Assembly (NCBI GenBank): GCA_049523555.1
Contig: JBEKMU010000013.1
Span: forward strand, 2,707-66,706
Reading direction: 5' to 3'
Origin: Verrucomicrobiota bacterium
GTDB taxonomy: Bacteria > Verrucomicrobiota > Verrucomicrobiia > Limisphaerales > UBA11358
Length of the DNA stretch: 64,000 nt
The position numbers were made by a program, and so were the translations under genes. Every line of letters starts with the position of its first letter. Positions within the stretch are counted from its first letter, which is position 1. Of the stretch, positions 27,937 through 40,132 are shown one piece after another. The notes below the pieces were generated by a model, which worked only from the letters and a program-made list of their open reading frames with translations, ran no database searches and was not told where the DNA came from.

Positions 27937-29052
27937 ATGAAACCGTGCGCACGATTGATTTTCGCACTCGTGCTCCTGATGCTGTGGGTATCAGGCGGCG
28001 GTGCATATTCTCAGGACGACGCGGTTTTCGTCGCGGGGGCGCGCCACCAGGGGACCTTTGACAGCCGGCCCGTTACCAACACTCCTTCGGTCGTTTGGAA
28101 GTATGAAATGCCGTACAGCGCTTCAGGCGAGGTGGTTTTGTACCAGGACAGGGTCCTGGCCGGTTGTCATGACAGGCGGGGAAACAAGGAATACGGCGTT
28201 CAGTTCGCGTTGGACAAAAACACCGGCAAGGTAATCTGGCAGCGTTCGATGCCGGAACAACTGTCCGCTCCGTCTGTGGCAGCAGGGACGGCATACTACG
28301 GTTCCAAACTGAACCGGGTGGTTGCTTTGAAAACCGATACGGGGATCCCGATCTGGGAGTGTGCCGGATTAAAAGGGCCTGTGTGCTCGCCGCCGGCCGT
28401 TCTCAACCACAGGGTTTTCTTCGGGAACCATGGGAAGGAATGGTGCGTCCTGGATGCCACAACCGGGAAATTAATTCGACAACTTTCCCTGAGCAACGGC
28501 ATATGCTGCTATCCTTCAATGGATGACGGGAAAATCTTTTTTGTGGATTGGGATGGCCAGTTGCACCGGTATGACAGCCTCTCACTTGAGGACAGCGTGA
28601 TCTACCAGGCGCAAAAACCCTCCGAGGTCGCGCCAACCATAGCAAAACACAACGGCTGCTTTTTTACGGAGGACGGAGTCCTTTATGTTGTCAACCTGAT
28701 GACTGGCAAATTACTTTGGACCTTCCGCGCCGATGGACAAGTCTGGCAAAGTCCGGCCATTGCCGGGAACGTTTGCGTCTTTGTCACCGACAAGGGCCAC
28801 ATTTACGCACTCGACACCGGAACCGGAAGCCTCCTGTGGGATATCCGAAAAACAGGAGCAGTCAATACCTCGGCGTCCATCACGGAGCAAACGGTTTATG
28901 TGGGGGGAGGCAACCATTCGCTGTATGCGTTCCAATTAACGACGGGCCGGGAATTGTGGGAATTCCAAACGGCCGATGCGGTCAGCACCCCGTGGCTGGA
29001 AAATGGAGTTGCATATTTTTCTTCCGGCAAATGGGTGTATGCCATCAAGTAG
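27937..29052 (+). CDS. Secreted PQQ-like (BamB-type) beta-propeller repeat protein
   Basis: Signal peptide MKPCARLIFALVLLMLWVSGG. Repeated G(K/S)(V/L)(I/L)W motifs (GKVIWQ, GIPIWE, GKLLWT, GSLLWD, GRELWE). Confidence 0.7.
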   Translation: MKPCARLIFALVLLMLWVSGGGAYSQDDAVFVAGARHQGTFDSRPVTNTPSVVWKYEMPYSASGEVVLYQDRVLAGCHDRRGNKEYGVQFALDKNTGKVIWQRSMPEQLSAPSVAAGTAYYGSKLNRVVALKTDTGIPIWECAGLKGPVCSPPAVLNHRVFFGNHGKEWCVLDATTGKLIRQLSLSNGICCYPSMDDGKIFFVDWDGQLHRYDSLSLEDSVIYQAQKPSEVAPTIAKHNGCFFTEDGVLYVVNLMTGKLLWTFRADGQVWQSPAIAGNVCVFVTDKGHIYALDTGTGSLLWDIRKTGAVNTSASITEQTVYVGGGNHSLYAFQLTTGRELWEFQTADAVSTPWLENGVAYFSSGKWVYAIK

Positions 29053-29088
29053 GCACATGCCGTGCGACTCATCAAACTGATCAATACC

Positions 29089-30165
29089 ATGAAAACAATA
29101 ACATCGCTCCTCGTTCTTTCGTTTCTGGTGGTGCTCGGGTTTTGCTCCCCGGCACGTGGCGCCGAATTCGACATCAAAGTGCAGCGGCTCAGTCCCCGCA
29201 CCGCTGTGTTTTACGGCGACCAATGGGACAACGCCATTGTGGCAATCGCGACGCAGAAAGGAATCGTTGTCGTGGACGCGCCGTTTTCGAAAACAATCGC
29301 CACCGGGTTTCGCGATGCGATCCAGGCTGAATTCAAGCGCAACGATTTTGCGTACCTGATCAACACGCACGAGCATCCCTGTCACATCGGCGGCAACTGC
29401 GCCTACGCCGATCTCCCGATTGTCGGCCATGAATCTCTACGCCGCGAAATGCTCAAAATGATGTCCGATCCCACAAACCAGACCGCGCTCCTGACCAGCG
29501 GGGAAAGAGAAATCGCCGACTATCGCGAAACGCTGCTCAAGTCCAATCCCGCAAAGCTCCAGAGCCGCGAATACACCAATTTCCTGAAGTGTTGGAAGCT
29601 GGTCGAGGACGATTACCACCGCGGCAATGTTCTCGTCCCGCCAACCCTGACCTTTGATCGCCAGATGACTTTATATCTCGGCGACGTCACGGTGCGGCTG
29701 ATGTACTACGGTTACGCCCATTCAGTGTCGGATACCATCATCAGCATTCCCGAGGAGAACCTCATGTTGACCGCCGGCATTTTTCATCCCAAGCAGATCC
29801 CCATCGCAGGCAAAGTAACGGAAGAAGCTACACCGCAGGTCGTGGACAACTGGTTTGTGGTCATGCACGGGCTGTTGAACGAAGCCGACGGGAACACCCG
29901 GTTCATCGCCAGTCATGGCCGCGCCATCATGAGGAAGGAACAGTGCGCGCAATTCGTCTCCTACTTGGAAAAGCTCTGGACTGAAGTGCGCCGCGCCAAA
30001 GCCGGGGGGAAAACGCTGGAACAGGCCAAGGCTGATCTGCCGTTGCAAGGGCGCTTCCCCGAGGTGGCCAAACTCGAGAACCAGTCTTTGCCCGGCACGC
30101 AATGGGAAATTCTGGACATCCACCAACAAAACATCGAGCACCTGTGGAAGGTGCTGGAGAAATGA
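29089..30165 (+). CDS. Secreted MBL-fold metallo-hydrolase-like protein with a variant metal motif
   Basis: Signal peptide MKTITSLLVLSFLVVLGFCSPARG. INTHEHPCHIGGN occupies the position of the HxHxDH motif. Confidence 0.6.
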   Translation: MKTITSLLVLSFLVVLGFCSPARGAEFDIKVQRLSPRTAVFYGDQWDNAIVAIATQKGIVVVDAPFSKTIATGFRDAIQAEFKRNDFAYLINTHEHPCHIGGNCAYADLPIVGHESLRREMLKMMSDPTNQTALLTSGEREIADYRETLLKSNPAKLQSREYTNFLKCWKLVEDDYHRGNVLVPPTLTFDRQMTLYLGDVTVRLMYYGYAHSVSDTIISIPEENLMLTAGIFHPKQIPIAGKVTEEATPQVVDNWFVVMHGLLNEADGNTRFIASHGRAIMRKEQCAQFVSYLEKLWTEVRRAKAGGKTLEQAKADLPLQGRFPEVAKLENQSLPGTQWEILDIHQQNIEHLWKVLEK

Positions 30166-30315
30166 CTCTTGCTCGACGGACGAATTGTGAGGCGCCCGGA
30201 ACGTTCTTGGGGCAACAGACCCGCGGTTTTCATAGGGCAAGGAACATGGTTTCCCCCTCAGCCCGGTTGCCCATCGCCGCGGCGTTGTGGGAGCTGTAAA
30301 ACCAGAGGATCCTGG

Positions 30316-30345
30316 AATAAAAAGGCGAACGGTCTCCCGTTCGCC
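30316..30345 (-). terminator. Rho-independent terminator downstream of ahcY
   Basis: On the minus strand, GGCGAACGG-GAGA-CCGTTCGCC is followed by TTTTTATT. It lies about 40 nt after the ahcY stop. Confidence 0.75.
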
Positions 30346-30386
30346 CCTGTTTAAATTCGCACTTCCTGTTTCGACCTTCGCACTTC

Positions 30387-31975
<1,589 letters not shown>

Positions 31976-31985
31976 GTATCAGAAC

Positions 31986-33179
<1,194 letters not shown>

Positions 33180-33220
33180 TCAATTTAGAGGCGTTGTTTT
33201 GGCTACAATTTCATATTGAC

Positions 33221-33240
33221 GTATCAAGATAAGATGATAT
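33221..33240. promoter_or_regulatory. 20-bp palindromic candidate operator in the metK / regulator divergent promoter region
   Basis: GTATCA-AGATAAGA-TGATAT has 6-nt arms with one mismatch. It sits in a 90-117 bp AT-rich divergent gap next to a TTGACG (33216..33221) -35-like hexamer. Confidence 0.5.
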
Positions 33241-33296
33241 ATGGGAAATGACGCGCGTCAAACGGTTTTTTGAAAATTTTTGATGCACAAGATACC

Positions 33297-34229
33297 ATGT
33301 CCTCAACCCTGAAATCATTGCGGGCTTTGTCCGACCCGACGCGGCTGCGCATCGTGGCGCTGCTGGAGCGGGATGAATTGTCCGTGCACGAGCTGCAGGA
33401 AATCACGCGGCTCGGCCAGTCACGCATTTCCACGCATCTCGGCCTGCTGCAGGATTCGGAACTGGTACAATCGCGGCGCGACGGCAAACGGACGTTCTAC
33501 AAGCTGAACCCGGCTGCGGATGGCGCCGCGCGCGAATTCATCCAACTGGCCATTCGCGGCGCGAAGGAACTGCCCGAGCACGCAGGCGACCAGATCAATC
33601 TCAAGCGCATCCTCGGCCGCCGGCGCGAACAAGCACAGGTCTATTTCAATCAGGTTGCCGGCCGGTTCGACCGCGTTTATGGTCCCGGCCGTTCGTGGCA
33701 GGCCTTTGGGCATCTGCTGTTGCGGATTTTGCCGCCGCTGGTCGTGGCCGACCTCGGCGCGGGCGAAGGCCTGTTGAGCGAACTGCTCGCGCGCCGCTGC
33801 AAAAAAGTCATCGCCGTGGACAACTCGGAAAAGATCGTCGCCTTCGGCGCGGCGAAGGCAAAAAAGAACGGGTTGAAAAATCTGGAGTTCCGCCTCGGCG
33901 ATTTGCAGAACCCACCCATTGAAGCCGGCAGCGTTGACCTGGTGATTTTGAGCCAAGCATTGCATCACGCCGAAGCCCCGTCCGCGGCAATTGCCGCCGC
34001 AGCCAAAATCCTTCGCCCGCACGGGCAAATCATCATCCTCGATTTGCTCAAGCACAATTTTGAGAAGGCGCACGGGCTTTACGGCGACCGTTGGCCGGGC
34101 TTTGCCGAGAGCGATTTGCAGCGCTGGCTGGAGGAGGCGGGTTTCAGGAAGATCGAAATCAGTGTCGTCGCCCGCGAGGAATCGCCGCCGCATTTTCAGA
34201 CCATTCTGGCGGGCGGGGAAAAAACGTAG
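33297..34229 (+). CDS. ArsR-family wHTH fused to a class I SAM-dependent methyltransferase-like domain (SahR-like regulator)
   Basis: LSDPTRLRIVALLERDELSVHELQEITRLGQSRISTHLGLLQDSELV (ArsR HTH). VVADLGAGEGLLSELLARRCKKVIAVDNS (SAM-binding motif I). The ATG at 33297 lies inside the TTG-started ORF 33270. Confidence 0.8.
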   Translation: MSSTLKSLRALSDPTRLRIVALLERDELSVHELQEITRLGQSRISTHLGLLQDSELVQSRRDGKRTFYKLNPAADGAAREFIQLAIRGAKELPEHAGDQINLKRILGRRREQAQVYFNQVAGRFDRVYGPGRSWQAFGHLLLRILPPLVVADLGAGEGLLSELLARRCKKVIAVDNSEKIVAFGAAKAKKNGLKNLEFRLGDLQNPPIEAGSVDLVILSQALHHAEAPSAAIAAAAKILRPHGQIIILDLLKHNFEKAHGLYGDRWPGFAESDLQRWLEEAGFRKIEISVVAREESPPHFQTILAGGEKT

Positions 34230-34292
34230 GACAGGCGTCGCGCCTGTCTCCATTTTCTCCTAACGTTGAGACAGGCTGGAAGCCTGTCCTAC
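34226..34292. repeat. 67-bp REPIN-like inverted doublet (GTAGGACAGGC...GCCTGTCCTAC)
   Basis: Arms GTAGGACAGGCGTCGCGCCTGTCTC and GAGACAGGCTGGAAGCCTGTCCTAC with a 17-nt spacer. It exactly fills the convergent gap between the regulator gene and leuS. The regulator's TAG stop lies inside the terminal GTAG. Confidence 0.85.
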
Positions 34293-34295
34293 ACT

Positions 34296-37136
34296 TTACG
34301 CCACGGCGATGTTCACCAGTTTTTTCGGCACGACGATGACTTTCCTGATCGTCTTGCCGGCCAGGAACGGCTTCACTTTTTCAGAGGCGCGAGCAGCGGC
34401 TTCGAGCGCGGCATTGTCAGCGTTGGCCGGGACTTTGATGACGTCGCGCAACTTGCCGTTCACCTGCACGGGAATTTCCAGTGTGTCCTCGACGAGCAAC
34501 GTTGCATCAAACTTTGGCCAGCAGGCGTAAGCCAGCGCGATTCGATGTTGGATGTTCGATGTTGGATGTTCGATGTTCAGCTTTTCCCACAACTCCTCCG
34601 CCAAGTGCGGCGCGAAAGGCTGGAGTAGAATCAAAAAATCGCGCAGCACCACAACCGGCTTTGTTTCCCAGGTGATGGCGTCGTTTACAAAGACCATCAG
34701 CGCCGAAATAGCCGTGTTGAAACGAAAGCCGTCCAAATCCGCCGTCACCTTTTTGATGCAGGCGTGCAACGTTTTAAGCTGCTCGCGCGCCGGTTCGACA
34801 TCTTTAATCGAGCCGCTGAGTTGGATTTTTTTGAGCAGTTCTGGGCCTTTCTGCGGCTGAATTGTTTCCGCCTGCTCGAATTCCGTTTCAGATTTTTCGT
34901 CCACGAACAGCCGCCAGACGCGGCCGAGGAAACGATAAACGCCTTCGACGCCCTTGGTGCTCCACGGCTTGACCATTTCAAGCGGGCCCATGAACATTTC
35001 GTAAAGACGCAACGCATCCGTGCCGAAATCTCTCAAAACATCATCGGGGTTCACCACGTTGCCGCGCGATTTGGACATTTTCTGGCCGTCCTCGCCGAGA
35101 ATCAGTCCTTGATTGACGAGCTTGAAGAACGGTTCGGGCGTCGAGACGTAGCCGAGGTCGAACAAGACCTTGTGCCAGAACCGTGCGTAAAGCAGATGTA
35201 ATACGGCGTGCTCGGTACCGCCGACATATAAATCCACGCCTGGAGTCGTGGACTTGGAGTCTGGGGTCTGGGATTTCGGTTCTTGGGAACCCATCCAATA
35301 TTGCTCCGCCTCCTTGCCGACGAACGATTGCGCATTCTTCGCGTCGAGGTAACGCAAATAATACCAGCAACTGCCGGCCCATTGCGGCATGGTGTTCGTC
35401 TCGCGCTGTGAGCCGTCGGGCAGATTCACCCAATCCTTCGCGCGCGCGAGCGGCGGCTGGCCATCAGGAGTGGGTTTGTAATCGTCAAGCGGCGGCGGCA
35501 AGACCGGCAGCGCGCTTTCGGGCAGGGCTTCGTGATACAAATTTCCAGCGGCATCCTTTTTCCAAATAATCGGGAAAGGCTCGCCCCAGTAACGTTGCCG
35601 GCTGAACAGCCAGTCGCGGAGTTTGTAATTGATGGTTTTCTTTCCAAGGCCTCTCGATTCGAGCCAAGCGGTGATTTTCTTTTTGGCTTCGGGCGTGGGC
35701 AGGCCGGTGATGGAAATCTCCGGCCCAGTGGAATTCACCGAAGTGCCGTCGTCCACGAATCCGCGCCAATCTGTCTTCTGGTCGGGTGGCTGAACGACTT
35801 GAATAATGGGCAGGTTGAATTTGGTGGCGAACTCGAAGTCGCGCGTGTCATGTGCCGGCACGGCCATGATGGCACCGGTCCCATAGCTGGCGAGAACGTA
35901 ATCAGCAATCCAAATGGGAATTTTTTCTCCGTTGACCGGGTTGATGACGTAAGCACCGGTGAAGACGCCAGTTTTCTCTTTGGCCAACTCGGTGCGTTCG
36001 AGGTCGGACTTCTTGGCAACGTCGGTTTTATACTTGGCAATCGCGGCGCGCAGTTCCGCAGTGGTAACTTGGTCAACGAGTTTGTGTTCCGGCGCGAGCA
36101 CCATGTAAGTTGCGCCGAAGAGCGTATCGGGTCGCGTAGTAAAAACTTCGATGAAGTTTGCAACGTCTGAAAACTGAACATTTGAAACTTGAAATCTCAC
36201 TGTGGCACCTTCGCTGCGACCAATCCAGTTCCGTTGCATTTCCTTGAGCGAATTGCTCCAGTCAATCGTGTCGAGGTCGGTGAGAAGTTTCTCGGCATAG
36301 GCGGTGATGCGGAGCATCCATTGGCGCATCGGTTTGCGGGTGACGGGAAATCCGCCGACTTCACTCTTGCCGTCCACAACTTCTTCGTTGGCCAGCACGG
36401 TGCCAAGTTGCTCGCACCACCAGACGGGTTGTTCGCTGACGTAGGCGAGGCGTTTTGAGTCGCGGTAGGCGCGGCGGCGGGCTTCGAGGTCTTGTTCGTC
36501 AGTAGGGCCGACCTGCCGGTCGGCCTGGACGCGCGGCAGCGCGTCCCTACCGGAAAGTTCCGCCGGATACTTCAGCGTCTCAATCGGCTCGGCCTTGTTC
36601 GTTTCCGGATTGAACCACGAGTTGTAAAGCTTCAGGAAAATCCACTGGGTCCACTTGAAATAATCGGGGTCGGTGGTGGCGAGTTCGCGCGACCAATCGT
36701 AACTGAAGCCAAGCGATTGAATCTGGCGCTTGAACGTGGCGATGTTGGCCTCGGTGGTCTGGCGGGGGTGCAGGCCGGTCTTGACGGCATATTGCTCGGC
36801 GGGCAGGCCGAAGGCGTCCCAGCCCATCGGATGCAGGACGTTGAAGCCGAGCGCGCGCCGGTAACGGGCGAGGATGTCCGTGGCGGTGTAACCTTCCGGA
36901 TGCCCAACGTGCAAACCCGCGCCGCTAGGATACGGAAACATGTCGAGGATGTAAAATTTGGGTGGCAACTGCGTGGCGGCCACCTTGCCGGAAAGACGAT
37001 GGCGTTTGGCGAAAGGGTGCCCGTCCGGGAGGACTTCGCCCGGATTAAACGCGCGAAAGGTCTGCTGTTCGTTCCAAAATTGCTGCCACTTAGGTTCAAT
37101 CAAATGAAACGGATATTGCCTGCGGCTGCTCGACAT
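34296..37136 (-). CDS. leuS: Leucine--tRNA ligase
   Basis: [23 protein letters not shown] (HIGH region), KMSKSRGN, and the CP1 editing domain. It is 946 aa, longer than usual because of several inserts. Confidence 0.97.
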   Translation of the reverse strand: MSSSRRQYPFHLIEPKWQQFWNEQQTFRAFNPGEVLPDGHPFAKRHRLSGKVAATQLPPKFYILDMFPYPSGAGLHVGHPEGYTATDILARYRRALGFNVLHPMGWDAFGLPAEQYAVKTGLHPRQTTEANIATFKRQIQSLGFSYDWSRELATTDPDYFKWTQWIFLKLYNSWFNPETNKAEPIETLKYPAELSGRDALPRVQADRQVGPTDEQDLEARRRAYRDSKRLAYVSEQPVWWCEQLGTVLANEEVVDGKSEVGGFPVTRKPMRQWMLRITAYAEKLLTDLDTIDWSNSLKEMQRNWIGRSEGATVRFQVSNVQFSDVANFIEVFTTRPDTLFGATYMVLAPEHKLVDQVTTAELRAAIAKYKTDVAKKSDLERTELAKEKTGVFTGAYVINPVNGEKIPIWIADYVLASYGTGAIMAVPAHDTRDFEFATKFNLPIIQVVQPPDQKTDWRGFVDDGTSVNSTGPEISITGLPTPEAKKKITAWLESRGLGKKTINYKLRDWLFSRQRYWGEPFPIIWKKDAAGNLYHEALPESALPVLPPPLDDYKPTPDGQPPLARAKDWVNLPDGSQRETNTMPQWAGSCWYYLRYLDAKNAQSFVGKEAEQYWMGSQEPKSQTPDSKSTTPGVDLYVGGTEHAVLHLLYARFWHKVLFDLGYVSTPEPFFKLVNQGLILGEDGQKMSKSRGNVVNPDDVLRDFGTDALRLYEMFMGPLEMVKPWSTKGVEGVYRFLGRVWRLFVDEKSETEFEQAETIQPQKGPELLKKIQLSGSIKDVEPAREQLKTLHACIKKVTADLDGFRFNTAISALMVFVNDAITWETKPVVVLRDFLILLQPFAPHLAEELWEKLNIEHPTSNIQHRIALAYACWPKFDATLLVEDTLEIPVQVNGKLRDVIKVPANADNAALEAAARASEKVKPFLAGKTIRKVIVVPKKLVNIAVA

Positions 37137-37194
37137 AGAGGCGGGATTTTGCGGAAAGTTGAGCGAAGGGGCAATCGCGGAATGAACCCCGACG

Positions 37195-37953
37195 CTAATG
37201 TTTGACCGGTAAACTTCGCCAGACGAGTCGCAACCCTTCGAGCGTCAAGTTGGGTTCGACGGCTGAAATTTCCGGCAAACGTGCGGCAATTAATCCGGCG
37301 TAACCGCCCGTCGCCACCACCGGCAAATGTTTCACCTGCAATTCGCGCTTCAACTCGGCGATCAATTCACGAACCAGCCCGCGATAACCATGCACCGCGC
37401 CGACGAGCATCGCTTGTTCAGTGCTCCTGCCAATGCTCGTTTTGACTTCGCGGATTTTGATGCGCGGCAGCAACGCCGTTTTCTCGTGCAGATAATCCGT
37501 CATCGCCGCCAGCCCCGGCGCAATGATGCCCCCCGCGTAATTGCCCGCGCGATTGACGACATCAAACGTCACCGCCGTTCCGAAATCCACCACCACCACC
37601 GGCGCGCCAAAGCGCTTGCGCGCAGCCACGGCGTTTGCCAGGCGATCCTCCCCGATTGTGTCCGGCTTCGGATAATCAATGCCCACGCCGCAAAGTGTTT
37701 TTCGCGTGAGTTCGAATGCGTTCAAATTCCAAAGTCGGCGGACGGTTTTGCGGACGTGCGGTGTCGCGCGCGGCACCACGCTGCATAGCGCAGCGCCCTT
37801 CAAACTCGCGCGGCCAACAAATTTTTTCGCCAATTTCTCCGCCGCGCCCTTGAACCAGAACGATGTGGGCATGTTTGTGTGCTTCATCACACACCGGTCG
37901 TTGGCCAGACCGAGATGCGTGTTCGTGTTGCCGATGTCGAAAAGCAAAAGCAT
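37195..37953 (-). CDS. coaX: Type III pantothenate kinase
   Basis: [16 protein letters not shown] start, then [12 protein letters not shown] and ATGGYA. The ATG at 37953 lies inside ORF 37195..38043, whose 5' part is repeat-encoded. Confidence 0.9.
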   Translation of the reverse strand: MLLLFDIGNTNTHLGLANDRCVMKHTNMPTSFWFKGAAEKLAKKFVGRASLKGAALCSVVPRATPHVRKTVRRLWNLNAFELTRKTLCGVGIDYPKPDTIGEDRLANAVAARKRFGAPVVVVDFGTAVTFDVVNRAGNYAGGIIAPGLAAMTDYLHEKTALLPRIKIREVKTSIGRSTEQAMLVGAVHGYRGLVRELIAELKRELQVKHLPVVATGGYAGLIAARLPEISAVEPNLTLEGLRLVWRSLPVKH

Positions 37954-38030
37954 GGAGTAATGGAGTAATGGAGTAATGGAGTGTTGGAAATCTTTTTCGG
38001 TGCCGCACCACTCCACCACTCCATCACTCC
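37952..38030. repeat. AATGGAGT-type inverted-repeat hairpin element (second copy)
   Basis: ATGGAGTAATGGAGTAATGGAGTAATGGAGTGTTGG ... CCACTCCACCACTCCATCACTCCG. It fills the birA-coaX gap. Confidence 0.8.
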
Positions 38031-38032
38031 GT

Positions 38033-39010
38033 TCATTTCTCAAGCGTTACATCCCCACCCGTGATGCGTTCCAAATGTCCATGTTCGGTCCGCAGCAACA
38101 GCGCGCCATCGTCATCCAGCGACTCGGCCCGACCGCTCACGCGCCGCCCGCCGATTTGAATCGTCACCGCGCGGCCAATTGTCGTGCAATGCGCTTCCCA
38201 CTCGTCAGCCACGTCTGCAAAAAAATCGCCACAGACGCGCGCGTAATCACAGTCGAGTTCGCGCAAAATGGCCGTTGCCAGCTCCGGACGGGAAATGGTT
38301 TTGCCGGCTTCAATTCTCAACGACGTCGCCGTCCTGCGCAATTCCGCCGGAAATTCATTCACGCTCAGGTTCACATCCACGCCGATGCCGAGGATGACGT
38401 GCTTGACGCAGTCCAATTCCGCGCTCATTTCCGTCAGAATGCCCGCGACTTTCCTGCCGCGAATCAAAATGTCGTTCGGCCATTTGATTTCCGGGTTCAG
38501 GCCGGTTTCGGATTGAATCGCACGCCGCAGAGCCATGGCGGAAGCAACGGTGAGTCGCGTTGTTTCCTGCGGGCGCAAATCCGGTCGCAGCAAAATGGAA
38601 AACCAAAGGCCTTTTCGCGCCGGCGACATCCACGCGCGACCGAGCCGGCCCCGGCCTTTCGTCTGCGATTCCGCAAAAACGACGGCGCCTTCCTTCACAC
38701 CGTCGCGCGCGAGCTTTTCAATCACGTCGTTGGTCGAAGTCGTCTGTTCAAACACGCGGATGTCGCGCCCGACGATTTTCGTTTTGCCGAGGCGCGCGAG
38801 CAAATCGTCCGCGTACAGCGCGTCGGGAACGCTCACGAGCCGGTAGCCGAAGTGCGGGCTGGCCTCGATGTCGTAGCCAAGCTGGCGCAACTCCTCGATG
38901 TGTCCCCAAATCGCCGCGCGCGTGACGCCCAGTTGCTCGGCGATTTCCGCACCCGACACCCCGTCGGTATTCGCGCGCAACGCGGTAAGAATTTTTGCGT
39001 CCGTCGTCAT
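38033..39010 (-). CDS. birA: Bifunctional biotin--[acetyl-CoA-carboxylase] ligase / biotin operon repressor
   Basis: N-terminal HTH (SGAEIAEQLGVTRAAIWGHIEELRQLGY) and the ligase motif ESQTKGRGRLGRAWMSP. Confidence 0.92.
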   Translation of the reverse strand: MTTDAKILTALRANTDGVSGAEIAEQLGVTRAAIWGHIEELRQLGYDIEASPHFGYRLVSVPDALYADDLLARLGKTKIVGRDIRVFEQTTSTNDVIEKLARDGVKEGAVVFAESQTKGRGRLGRAWMSPARKGLWFSILLRPDLRPQETTRLTVASAMALRRAIQSETGLNPEIKWPNDILIRGRKVAGILTEMSAELDCVKHVILGIGVDVNLSVNEFPAELRRTATSLRIEAGKTISRPELATAILRELDCDYARVCGDFFADVADEWEAHCTTIGRAVTIQIGGRRVSGRAESLDDDGALLLRTEHGHLERITGGDVTLEK

Positions 39011-39016
39011 TTTACA

Positions 39017-39084
39017 ATCGTCCTCGTCGTCGTCCTCGTTCTCGAAATCGAATCATCGAGGAGAAGGACGAGAATGAGGACGAT
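39017..39084. repeat. GTCCTCGT-type inverted-repeat hairpin element
   Basis: ATCGTCCTCGTCGTCGTCCTCGTTCTCG ... CGAGGAGAAGGACGAGAATGAGGACGAT. It fills the nadC-birA gap. Confidence 0.8.
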
Positions 39085-39088
39085 AAAA

Positions 39089-40024
39089 TCATGTTTCAAA
39101 ATCCAAACCGATGTCCACCGCGCGCGCGGAATGTGTGAGCGCGCCGACGGAAATGAAATCCACGCCGGTCCCGGCAATCGCGCGGACATTCGCCAGATTC
39201 ACGCCGCCGCTGGCCTCGGTCTTCATGCGGCCTTTGACTTTCTGCACCGCCAGCCGCAGTTGAATCGGGTTCATGTTGTCGAGCAAAATGATGTCCGCCC
39301 ACGCATCGGCGGCCTGCTCGACCTGCTCCAGCTTGTCGGCTTCGACCTCAATTTTCAGTTTCGGAAACTTTTCGCGCGCGCGCTGGACGGCGGCGGCGAT
39401 GGCATTCGGTTTTTCACCGCGCAGCGCCGCGAGGTGATTGTCCTTGATGAGCACCATGTCGAACAGGCCGGTGCGATGGTTGTGCCCGCCACCGCACGCG
39501 ACGGCGTATTTCTCGAAACGCCGCCAGCCGGGCGTGGTTTTGCGCGTGTCCAGAATCTGCGCGTGAGTTCCTTTGATGGCTTCGACAAATTGCGCAGTAA
39601 GCGTGGCGATGCCGGAAAGCCGCTGGACGAAATTCAACGCGACACGCTCGGCGCTCAAAAGGGCGCGGGCCGGGCCGGAAATTTTCAGCAAGGTTTCATT
39701 CTCACCGACATGTTGGCCGTCATTCGCCAGCCGCTCAATTTTGATTTCCCCTTCGGAGGGCGGAGTTCCACGACGCCCTGATTCATTTTGAGATTTTGGG
39801 GGCTCGCAGCGCTCGCCCCTCCGATTGATGAATTGTAAGACTTCGCAGAACGCAGCTTCGGCGAAGGCGAGTCCGGCCACGACGAGCGGTTCGCGCGCAC
39901 GCATGAGCGCTTTGGCCGTCGCGGTTGCGGGCACGATGGATAAAGTCGTGGCGTCACCGCTGCCGATGTCCTCGGCAAGGGCCAGCTTGACGGCCTGACG
40001 GATTTCTGCGGCGGACAATTCCAC
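39089..40024 (-). CDS. nadC: Nicotinate-nucleotide diphosphorylase (carboxylating)
   Basis: AEIRQAVKLALAEDIGSGDATT, LDTRKTTPGWR and IEVEADKLEQVEQAADAWADIILLDNM. The likely GTG start at 40024 gives M-ELSAAEI. The longest ORF reaches 40144 but would overlap the divergent gene. Confidence 0.85.
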   Translation of the reverse strand: MELSAAEIRQAVKLALAEDIGSGDATTLSIVPATATAKALMRAREPLVVAGLAFAEAAFCEVLQFINRRGERCEPPKSQNESGRRGTPPSEGEIKIERLANDGQHVGENETLLKISGPARALLSAERVALNFVQRLSGIATLTAQFVEAIKGTHAQILDTRKTTPGWRRFEKYAVACGGGHNHRTGLFDMVLIKDNHLAALRGEKPNAIAAAVQRAREKFPKLKIEVEADKLEQVEQAADAWADIILLDNMNPIQLRLAVQKVKGRMKTEASGGVNLANVRAIAGTGVDFISVGALTHSARAVDIGLDFET

Positions 40025-40132
40025 GCCGTTAAAATGAAGGCGAATGGCAGAAGGGAAAAGGAAAAATGCGCGGTGGAGAAAGCGGTTGAAATTGTAATGG
40101 CACGGCCTGCGGCTTTGGTTTAGAACAACCGT

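Noticed and set aside
33216-33245. A full sigma70 promoter call (TTGACG-16 nt-TATATG) for the SahR-like gene.
   Set aside because: It is plausible, but the -10 is weak and promoter consensus in this phylum is uncertain. Only the palindrome is reported as a feature.
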